The position numbers and the translations under genes were made by a program. The notes under the pieces are model-generated. The model did not search any database. It was not told the origin of the DNA and saw only the letters and a program-made list of their open reading frames with translations. A stretch of DNA of 64,000 bases from a virus: IMG/VR virus record IMGVR_UViG_3300045988_080644; one strand, 5' to 3'. This document shows, one piece after another, positions 1-8,356 of this stretch; within the stretch, counting starts at the first letter, position 1, and each line of letters begins with the position of its first letter.

Positions 1-2
1 AT

Positions 3-1310
3 AATGCTCTCCCAGACAACTTAACTGGTGTTTATAATTACGGAAGTGTAATAAGTTTGCCAGGTTTTAACTCTAGATTTGAAATTTATGCTTCTCATTA
101 GTCTAGTAATGGTAATGGATTATATTATAGGAGTGGTTGGGGTAATGATAAGAAAGCATGGCTTAAATTTATTGACTCATCAAATATAGGTTCTCAAACT
201 GTAGCTAATGCATATCACTTACGTATTAATGCTGCTAATACATGGTCTACTTGGTATTGGGCAGGATAGAGTGGTTAGCCTAGTTGGTTGTGGGGTTCTA
301 ATGATGGGACTAATATGTATGTTTGGAATCCAAGTAACTTCAATGTAAATACTGCTCAGTATTTAAGAAGTTTAGGTAATTAGAATTGCCAAACAGGAAG
401 AACGTAGGCATATGGTGATGTATATTCCTATAATACCTATAATGGTAACACTGGTTCTCCTACAACTTATTCTTCTGTAATAGGATTTGGTAGAGGTATT
501 GCTGGAACAGTAGAGATAGCAGGTGGATGGTGTAACACTCATTTATATTGGCGTTCTCTTAAAGACTGTTGTGAAGATTGGTTTCCTTGGAGGACGGTGC
601 TAGACTCAAGTAATTATACTGAGTTTATAAATAACTATTATTGGGCTAATGTTAAAATTTCTGCTTCTTCCTCAACAACTACTTCTCCTACAGTATTGAA
701 TTTGACTGCAACTAATTCTATTAGAATGGGTAATATTTTATTAGAACATACTAATGAAATTAATAATAGTGCTAATGACAGTATACACTTAAACCTCAGA
801 AATTCTGGTAATGTTAGTTTATGTGTAGGAGGAGGTAAGGTAGGGATTGGAACTATGTATCCTTCATAGGAATTATATGTACTGGGATATACTCATACTA
901 AAGGCTTTGGAATAGGCATCTAGTATCTATCTGAGTCAGGATTGTTACCTACCATTAGCCCTGGTGATGGTTATGCATATAGATGTTTAGAAATAGGTAG
1001 ACCAACAAAAGTATCTTGTATTATTGCTGATAAAGTACCCTTGTCAGGAGTAAGAGGGATTTTATTAAAATTTATGCAAGGTTTTGATGGTTAGATAGTA
1101 TTACTGAAGGATTTGGAAAATTATGGAAGTGGAAATGGCTATTTTTGGGTTATGCCTTCTGGATGTAAAATAATAAACGCAGATAACAGTAATATTCTCA
1201 TAAATTAGAATTAGATAAGTAATACATATGATGATGGTAGGTCACGATTTTTTATATATTCCTCTAAGTACAGTGCGTGGATAGAATTTTTTTGTAGTAA
1301 CATTTATTAA
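3..1310 (+). CDS. tail fibre / receptor-binding protein, C-terminal 435 codons (5' end outside window)
   Basis: Frame 0 is open from the window edge to TAA 1308-1310 once about ten in-frame TAGs are read as sense; track fragment 597-869 is part of it. The product carries two copies of a W-x-x-[IL]-[IL]-D-S-S-N motif (WLKFIDSSNIG, WRTVLDSSNYTEF) in Gly/Asn/Tyr/Trp-rich sequence like distal fibre domains. The name is by resemblance only. Confidence 0.6.
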
Positions 1311-1321
1311 CTTTGATTTAT

Positions 1322-1338
1322 CATAAAATAATATACAA
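1322..1338 (+). promoter_or_regulatory. candidate promoter-like motif CATAAAATAATATACAA
   Basis: Lies in the 59-nt gap before ATG 1370. Its first 12 nt are identical to 6022-6033 in the gap before the endolysin gene, and both copies are followed by TACAA. Function not demonstrated. Confidence 0.25.
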
Positions 1339-1369
1339 TTATATATGTTTAATAAAAAATAAATGATTT

Positions 1370-1822
1370 ATGACTTTAAATGATGTTTTAACAAAACAGA
1401 ATCTTATTACAAAGATTCTTTTAGCCAACGATGGCAAAGAACTCCCTAAGGAGTTAAAGGTAAAGATTATGAGAATTAGAATGTCTTATAATAAGATTAA
1501 GAAACAGTTTGATGAAGATACACAAGAATTTAGTAAGCAAATTGTTTCAGATGAATTAAGAGATTTAGCTAATAAGACAGAGCGTACTCCTGAAGAGGAA
1601 ACTAAGTTTAATGAGTTGAATAATAAAGCTAATTCAGAATATCAGGAATATCTTGTACAAAAAGGTAATGAAGATATTAAGGATGCACCTGAAGACACAC
1701 TTACAGAAGATGAGTATGGCGATATTCTTGATGTAAATTCTGATGGTGAGTATGAGATTAATGGTCAGAAAGTAAAAGCTGCTGACCTTATGGAAGCTTT
1801 TTATGAATTATTTGTTAAGTAA
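1370..1822 (+). CDS. hypothetical protein (150 aa, Lys/Glu-rich)
   Basis: Uninterrupted ATG..TAA ORF from the track with no TAG codon. Its TAA overlaps the next ATG (TAATG at 1820-1824). Confidence 0.6.
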   Translation: MTLNDVLTKQNLITKILLANDGKELPKELKVKIMRIRMSYNKIKKQFDEDTQEFSKQIVSDELRDLANKTERTPEEETKFNELNNKANSEYQEYLVQKGNEDIKDAPEDTLTEDEYGDILDVNSDGEYEINGQKVKAADLMEAFYELFVK

Positions 1823-2121
1823 TGGAAATAACAAAACAGAATCAAACATTTAATCTTAAAGATACAACTTCTGATGGTTGGACTGTTTCAGGTTCAGCTA
1901 CTCAGGAGGTTGATGGCAACACTTCTATTAATTTTAGTGTAAGCAAAGATGGAGAGTTGAATAATCAAGTTGGTTATTATAATTATAATGTTCCAACTGA
2001 TGGTATGGTTAATATTAATATCACAGCAATTCCAGAGAATTTGGATGCAGTGATTGATTATACCCAGACTGCAACTAAAAAAATTAAAGATTATCTCGCT
2101 AACCAAACAATTTCTAAGTAA
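1822..2121 (+). CDS. hypothetical protein (99 aa)
   Basis: Uninterrupted ATG..TAA ORF, TAG-free, start coupled to the upstream stop. Confidence 0.55.
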   Translation: MEITKQNQTFNLKDTTSDGWTVSGSATQEVDGNTSINFSVSKDGELNNQVGYYNYNVPTDGMVNINITAIPENLDAVIDYTQTATKKIKDYLANQTISK

Positions 2122-2168
2122 TATGGGAAGAAAGAAACCTAATTCACCAAGAGCAGGACTCTCAACAG

Positions 2169-2399
2169 GTGGCAAGTGCGGTGGAGGAAAGAAGACTAAG
2201 TAAATATCTGCATAAGGTATTACTTATAATTCTTAAGTATACTCCTATAACAATAGCTATTATAGATATATTACATACAATTTTATCTTATTTAGATATT
2301 CCTGCTGAATTACTAAGTTTTTTCGGAGGAATATTTATTATAATATATACTAAGTATGTTATAGCTAATAAAAAGACTATTAAAACAAATAATAGATGA
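2169..2399 (+). CDS. small membrane protein, two hydrophobic segments (holin-like topology; speculative)
   Basis: Track ORF with a GTG start and no in-frame ATG. It has hydrophobic stretches VLLIILKYTPITIAIIDIL and LLSFFGGIFIIIY followed by a basic tail, and ends in TGA. It overlaps a 26-codon basic mini-ORF (2123-2203). Confidence 0.3.
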   Translation: MASAVEERRLSKYLHKVLLIILKYTPITIAIIDILHTILSYLDIPAELLSFFGGIFIIIYTKYVIANKKTIKTNNR

Positions 2400-2487
2400 T
2401 ATTGATACGGGTAATTCTAATATATCATATGAGGAGTAGTGTAAAATTCTTCACCTTATCTAGAATATAACAGATAAAGATTAGAGA

Positions 2488-2658
2488 ATGAGCAAAATAC
2501 AAGCATGTGATTATTTAGGTGTTAGTCGTGCTACTTTTGACAATTATGTTAAGAACGGATGGATTCCAAAAGGATATAAATAGGATGGGTTTAAGGAATT
2601 GTCTTGGATGAAATCTGATCTTGACTTTTATTTAGATACTTATTCTAATAATAAGTAA
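2488..2658 (+). CDS. small helix-turn-helix DNA-binding protein (excisionase/MerR-like HTH)
   Basis: ATG 2488 to TAA 2656-2658 with one in-frame TAG (2581-2583). MSKIQACDYLGVSRATFDNYVKNGWIP is a typical HTH_17-type N-terminus. Confidence 0.55.
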
Positions 2659-2671
2659 CGTTCTGATGTTT

Positions 2672-2739
2672 GAGGAGACGTAGTTAGAGGTTATTATCAA
2701 TTGATAATGCCATTAACTATGTTTCCTCTTTTTATTTTT
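2672..2739 (+). terminator. compound hairpin plus T-run (putative intrinsic terminator)
   Basis: GAGGAGAC (2672-2679) pairs with GTTTCCTC (2721-2728). The stem encloses an inner palindrome TTATCAATTGATAA (2694-2707) and is followed by TTTTTATTTTT. Confidence 0.45.
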
Positions 2740-2830
2740 AGTAATGTCCGAAATTTGAGAATTTAAAATATATAATTGTTTAGTTCTAGAACATAAACAG
2801 ATAATTATTGAAATTTTAAATTTTTAAGCA

Positions 2831-2945
2831 ATGAGTGAAACAAAAACTTTTGTTGTTCCTGATAATTTAACAGGAAACAACGATAATCTTGCTACTATGG
2901 CAATGATGAATGGAGGTTTTGGAGGAGGTATGTGGAATAACCCAT
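2831..2945 (+). CDS. membrane-anchored Gln/Asn-rich protein, exon 1
   Basis: ATG 2831 gives ...NGGFGGGMWNNP. The frame then hits TGA-TAA at 2957-2962 just inside the intron. Confidence 0.8.
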
Positions 2946-3282
2946 TAACTAAAGAATGATAACATAAGTGGGTTTAAAACTCAGTGAACTCAGGGAAACT
3001 CCTTAGAGCTTTAACTACCAAATATAAATAGTGATATTTATATGGATGAATTAACTACTCATGTATGGTAATAAGGTTAAAGATTGGACAATCCTGAGCC
3101 AAGCTCCCTTTTAGGGAGAAGGTGCAACGACTATCGAAAACACATCAAATGATGGAAGTGAGTAGAGTAAGGTTCAAGTGAATCTGAAGTGCTGAGTACT
3201 CTTAAAAGAGTAATGATATAGTCTAAACTTTATAGAAATATAAAGATAATATGTGGAAACGACATATTAGTAAATAATAATG
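2946..3282 (+). ncRNA. group I self-splicing intron, ORF-less, 337 nt
   Basis: P1: exon AACCCAU (2939-2945) pairs with GUGGGUU (2968-2974), with a U2945-G2968 wobble at the 5' splice site. P10: CAUAA (2963-2967) pairs with 3' exon UUAUG (3283-3287). P4: CUCAGG (2989-2994) with CCUGAG (3093-3098). Hairpin CUCCC/GGGAG at 3104-3118. P7: GACUAU (3129-3134) with AUAGUC (3218-3223) inside an S-element-like GAUAUAGUC. The last intron nucleotide is G3282. Removal restores the frame (length = 1 mod 3) and gives MWNNP-F-MYLVWMYIMRW. Confidence 0.85.
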
Positions 3283-4133
3283 TTATGTATCTCGTATGGA
3301 TGTACATTATGCGCTGGATGAATAATGGTTATGGAGACCAGGGTGGAGATCCAGCAGTACAAAGACAGCTTCAAACTCTCTAGGATTAGATGCAAGATAA
3401 TCACAATTCAGATTTAATTATGTAGGCTATAAAGGGAAATAGTTCTGCTTTACAAGATTTAACTACTAGATTAAGTTGTGATGCTAATGCCATCTAGAGT
3501 GCAATTCAGAGTGTACAATCTAGTATAGCTAATGTGGGTAGTTAGGTAGGATTTTCTTCTGAAAGAATAATTAATGCGGTAAATAGTGGAGATAGTGGTA
3601 TTATCCAAGCTCTTAATAACTGTTGCTGCTCTACTTAGAAGGAAATTCTTAAAATGGGTTATGAGAATCAGATTAACAACTAGAATCAGACTTATTAGTT
3701 AACTAGTTAGTTAAATGGTGTAAATAATGTAATTCAGAATGGATTTCGAGACACTAATTATGCCACTTAGCAATAGACTTGCTCTTTGTAGAATACAATT
3801 AAAGATACAACTACTATTAATACTAATGCTATTTTAGCTAAGTTAGATGCTCTTAGTACTTCGGCTTTATAGGATAAGATTGAAGCTTTGCGTGAAAGAA
3901 ATAGTGAGTAGGCTACAGCTATTAATAATTCTCAACAAAGCGCCTTATTTGCTTAGATGCTAAATGCTGCAACAACTCCTATTAATGCCGCTGTAAGTAA
4001 TTTAACTCAAGAAATAGCTAGTATTTAGTGTAAACTTCCAAATACAGTAACTTTACCATATTCTTGTGCTACTGCAGTTCCTACCTCTTTAGCATATAAT
4101 TTATATGGAGCTAATACAGGTGTTTGGGCATAA
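3283..4133 (+). CDS. membrane-anchored Gln/Asn-rich protein, exon 2
   Basis: Frame-0 ORF with no start codon of its own, ending at TAA 4131-4133. It contains many in-frame TAGs in Q-rich context (LQTLQDQMQDN...). Spliced product is 321 aa. Confidence 0.8.
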
Positions 4134-4147
4134 GAAAGGAGGTATCT

Positions 4148-4471
4148 ATGATATTACTTAATCCTTATGTTTACGCAAATAGAAATGGCATTCTTAGATT
4201 AGAAGCTAATTCAGTAAATGTTGGAACCACTAATGTAACATTTACCTTTACTCCACATAATTTCTTAAATAAAGCTTATTCGGGATTAATTTTATTTAAA
4301 TTGCCTGGATTTACAGCTCCTTCTACAGCAGTTCCTATTGTATTTAGCACAAATGGAAAAAATTAGGATTTAACTACATTAGGTGGAGAGGCTGTTACCT
4401 CTGCAACTTTAAATAAGGCTGGTATATATTTAGCTTATTACGAAAATAATACATTACAATTATTATATTAA
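4148..4471 (+). CDS. hypothetical structural protein (107 aa)
   Basis: ATG 4148 is preceded by AGAAAGGAGGTA (4133-4144). Track fragment 4124-4366 continues past TAG 4364-4366 to TAA 4469-4471. Confidence 0.65.
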
Positions 4472-4474
4472 TAC

Positions 4475-4957
4475 ATGGCATTTTCTAATTTACGTAACGG
4501 TAATCAACTATTTATATTACATAAAGATAATGTACCATCATTGGAATTAGGTAAGGTAGCTAACATAACACCGCCTATTCCTAAGTATGGTAATACTGGG
4601 ATGTATAATCCGGAGATGATTTTAGATATTACTGCTGACGTAAATGGAACTATGACTAATTTCTAGAAATTGCCAGCAAATAGTGAGATAGCAGATTTTG
4701 GTAATAATATAGTTATATCTTGTAATAAAGAAGCTATGAGTAGTGAAATTAATTCCATGAAATAGCGAAGTACAGATATAGTTAATAGTATTTAGTTACA
4801 TAAAGACATTATTAAAGGATGTGATGAAATACTTATGCAATTAAATCCTGAAATCTAGGAAAGACAAAGATAGGAAGCAGAGAATAAAGCTTTAAGAGAG
4901 GAAGTTAATTCTCTAAAAGAAATGTTTAAAGAGTTTATGAAATCATGGCAACAATAA
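4475..4957 (+). CDS. hypothetical protein with C-terminal coiled coil (160 aa)
   Basis: ATG 4475; track fragment 4475-4666 extends through several TAGs to TAA 4955-4957. Confidence 0.65.
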
Positions 4958-5139
4958 TTGAAGTACAAGATACAAAGTTAGACAATCTTTCTGAGTATGT
5001 AGAGAAAATGATCAATTATGGCGGAAAAGTAATGCGCTGTATTGAAGAAATGTAGTCTAAAGATTACAATGAGAAGTATGGAAGACGTAGATACCCTAGA
5101 GAAGAGTATCGTGACCCTGACTATAATAGATATTTCTAA
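4945..5139 (+). CDS. hypothetical protein (64 aa)
   Basis: ATG 4945 overlaps the upstream gene by 13 nt. It has one in-frame TAG and ends at TAA 5137-5139. Confidence 0.5.
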
Positions 5140-5141
5140 TT

Positions 5142-5543
5142 ATGAGACAAGCTTTAGATACTTATGATGATATGCCTAAATATATGAAGTAGTATTTACG
5201 TAATTATGGATGGCATTTCAATAAAGCTCTATGTAATTATGCTGTATCTCTGATGGAAAAAGGGGGTCAAAAACTTGAACCAGTATCTAAAGAATATGTA
5301 GATAAGACTTTAGAACAATATAATGTTCAATTAGAAAAGAATGTAGGTTGTGACTATGTATTCGTAGCTAATATGTGTAAAGCGGATTACTATGGTAGTA
5401 GTATAACCGATGAAAAGCACTTTGCTCTCTACATTAAAGACACAATAGATGATGAGGATGCAGGTGATGGTACCACTATGAGAAGATGGTATGCAACTAT
5501 GGTAGCTAATGGAACAATGGTAGATTGGGAAGAGTTTATATGA
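5142..5543 (+). CDS. hypothetical protein (133 aa)
   Basis: ATG 5142 is in frame with track fragment 5253-5543, with one TAG in between. The TGA overlaps the next ATG (ATGA 5540-5543). Confidence 0.65.
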
Positions 5544-5932
5544 TACATTACAAAGCTTGTTTAGAAAAATATAATTGGTCAGTTGACATTTACGTAATAC
5601 AGTATAAGCACGATTTAGAATATCTAGATTGTATAGCTAGTAAATATAATGTGCCTAATAAAATTTATGATAAATTAACAAATAGACTAACTAATTATAT
5701 TAATTCTGGATTTATTTATAATTGCGACAAAACTAATCACAGTATTATATTTGTAGGAGAATCAGATTCTATTTATGAAGCTGCAAATACTCTAGCACAT
5801 GAAAAGAATCATCTAGAGATATATCTGTGTAAGTTATTAAATATAAATCCAGAATCAGAAGATGCTGCTATTCTAAGTGGGGATATTACAGAATAGTTAA
5901 TAAATCCATATATAGTATAGCTAATTAAATAA
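5540..5932 (+). CDS. small HExxH-motif protein (possible Zn-metallopeptidase)
   Basis: ATG 5540; the AHEKNH motif lies at 5798-5812. The standard-code end is TAG 5894-5896; under TAG=Gln it runs 12 more codons to TAA 5930-5932. Confidence 0.55.
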
Positions 5933-5947
5933 TTAAAAAGTAGTAAT

Positions 5948-5990
5948 AGAGGAATTTCTTAATTTTAAGGAGTTCCTCTATTTTTGTTTT
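5948..5990 (+). terminator. intrinsic terminator
   Basis: AGAGGAA (5948-5954) pairs with TTCCTCT (5973-5979), followed by ATTTTTGTTTT. It closes the operon before the endolysin gene. Confidence 0.6.
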
Positions 5991-6021
5991 GCAGCAATAT
6001 TTCTATTAAATATATATAGAC

Positions 6022-6042
6022 CATAAAATAATAAATATACAA
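6022..6042 (+). promoter_or_regulatory. candidate promoter-like motif CATAAAATAATAAATATACAA
   Basis: Sits between terminator 5948-5990 and ATG 6048. It shares CATAAAATAATA...TACAA with 1322-1338. Confidence 0.25.
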
Positions 6043-6047
6043 ATACT

Positions 6048-6455
6048 ATGGGAAAATATTTTAGTATTGCAGAATTAACTAAGAGTGAAACTGCAAATAA
6101 AAGAAAAATTGACAACAAACCTACTAAAGAAGTAGAAAATTGTCTTAATTAGTTAATAGATAATATTTTAGATCCATTGAGAAAAGCTTATGGATAGCCA
6201 ATTATTGTGTCTAGTGGATATAGATGTCCTGAGTTAAATAAAGCAGTCGGAGGTGCTAGAACTAGTTAGCACACACTCGGCTAGGCTGCAGATATTCATA
6301 CTAAATCTAATTCTAAGGAAAGTAATAAACAATTATTTGAACTTATTAAATAGTTAAAGCTTCCTTTTGATTAGCTAATTAATGAGTATAATTATTCTTG
6401 GGTACATGTCAGCTATTCTCCTAGAAATAGAAGACAAATCCTTAATATTAAATAA
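6048..6455 (+). CDS. endolysin, peptidase M15 family (D-Ala-D-Ala carboxypeptidase-like / L-alanyl-D-glutamate peptidase type)
   Basis: 135 codons with six in-frame TAGs. The signature SGYRCPELNKAVGGARTS-Q-HTLG-Q-AADI ... WVHVS gives the H-x6-D ... H zinc triad. Two of the TAGs fall inside this motif, and the SQH Gln is TAG 6267-6269. Confidence 0.85.
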
Positions 6456-8356
6456 TGGCACAACTTTTTGGTAAAAACTATTAGGAAGCAGGTTCCTCTT
6501 CCTCCCCACTATTACTAAGAAGTAATGGAGAAATTAAATTATAGTGGGGAAATAAATTTATAGATTTAATTAAAAACGGGAAAATAAATTCAGAAGCTAA
6601 AGATTATATATTTACTGTAGATACTTCTGATGAAATTAAAGCAAATGGGATATATTTAGTTACAGAAGATAGTTCTATTTGGATAAATGTAGAAGGTACT
6701 AAAACTAAAGTAAATAATACTGATACTACTTATGTGTCATTTTTAACAGAATAGGAAACAACTCCTGAATAGAAATAGCAAGCCTTAACTAATTTAGGCT
6801 TAATATATGAAAATATAGATGCCTTAAATAAAGCAAATCTAGTAACTGGTTTAGCTTATGTAGTTGAATCCAATAAATTATATTTAATTCAAAACAAAGT
6901 AGTTTCAGAATATTAGGTAGCATCAGCTTTACCTACTTCAGGTAAATTTGAAGATTTAACTATTAGTAATTTAACTATTAAAAATAATACTATAAATTCT
7001 AACTAGTTGATATTAACAATTAACAATATACCATATTTATAGATAAATGACAATATCCTTTGTAGTGTTCCCTTTTTGGTGGATAAATTACAATCAATAA
7101 ATTATAATTATAACAAATCAGGATTTGCCCTATATCAAGATAATGGTAAGTCTATTCTTGATATAGATAGTTTAAATTGGAGAAATATAGAATCTGAGTT
7201 ACCTAAAAATTAGAAAACTTATATTACTTATACTATTTTAGGTGATTTTAATATAGTCACTGGGGTTACAGATGTATCATCGAAGGATGAATCCTTATAT
7301 AAATTAGAATTAAAATATCCAAATAATATATCTTTAAGTTTATCTAATTATATACTAGCAGAGTTAGAAACCACCTACAATATATTTCTTTTAACTACAA
7401 AAGTATAGATATAGGATGATATAAGTTATAATCAAATAGTATTAGATAAAAATATTCCAGAAACACATTAGCTGTATGTAAAATTTTCAGATTCTTCTAC
7501 TAAACTTTATTCTAGAAATGACGTTAAATTATTTGACGTTAATTTATCAGTAGATGAAGCTTATTTATATAATAATGGTATTGATACTAAATATATAGTT
7601 GATATAGACAGTGCACAAAAGCATAATATAATTCCCTTAGAGTTTGAAATTCGTAAAGTAGATAAGTATTATATAATTATCAAACTTCAAAATACTTTAT
7701 TAGCATCTGATTTATTAAATTCTAACTAGTTAAAAATATATCAGGCAAGAGTTCCTCAATTTATTTAGGGTGAAGGATTCTTAGCATTACGTAAGTGGGA
7801 TTCTGTAAATAATAAATATGTCTATCATACTATTATAGGCACTTATAAAGAATCTGAATTTGGAATATCTGATGATACTAATGATAAATTTGGATTTTAT
7901 AGTGATGATGTTAAAGTTACTGGAATTTCATTAAGCGGAGCTAAATTTTCAGGACAATTACCTAGTTTTACTGAAACTAAACCTGATACAATAGCAAATA
8001 ATTAGTTTCCAACCATGGAAATAGTTAATGAAAAAATAAAGAAAGCTGTTGATGATGCAGGTGATACTAACATATCCTTAATTAGTAAAAACTCTCTACC
8101 TAAGGGTTCTATTATAATGTTTAATAGTGCTGAAAATATACCTGATAAATGGTAGATTTGTGATGGGACTAATGGAACTCCTAATTTGATTGACAAATTT
8201 ATTAAGGCTGGAACAACTCTTAAAGAAGAATCTATAGAATTAACTAAATATACAAACTCTACAGAAACTCCTGGAGAAACAACTCCAGAACAATCAGAAG
8301 ATAATAAATATAAGCTTGATGCTTATTCCTTAATATTTATAATGAAAATGAAATAA
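6455..8356 (+). CDS. tail fibre protein with C-terminal tail-collar-type domain (633 aa)
   Basis: ATG 6455 overlaps the upstream TAA (TAATG). Read in frame 2 to TAA 8354-8356, only TAG interrupts. The C-terminal LPKGSIIMFNSAENIPDKW-Q-ICDGTNGTPNLIDKFIKAG (about 8100-8215) is the classic P-x-G-W-x-x-C-D-G-x-N-G-T-P-[DN]-L fibre/collar motif. Confidence 0.8.

Noticed and set aside
2123-2203. The 26-codon basic mini-ORF as an independent gene.
   Set aside because: It is too short and low-complexity to support on sequence alone. It is kept only as part of the overlapping-ORF observation.
4133-4144. Using the two strong GGAGG boxes to argue for a Firmicutes (SD-using) host.
   Set aside because: Only two of roughly forty starts have such a box. 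The remaining leaders are A/T-rich without purine tracts, which fits Bacteroidota-type initiation better. Host cannot be assigned from this window.
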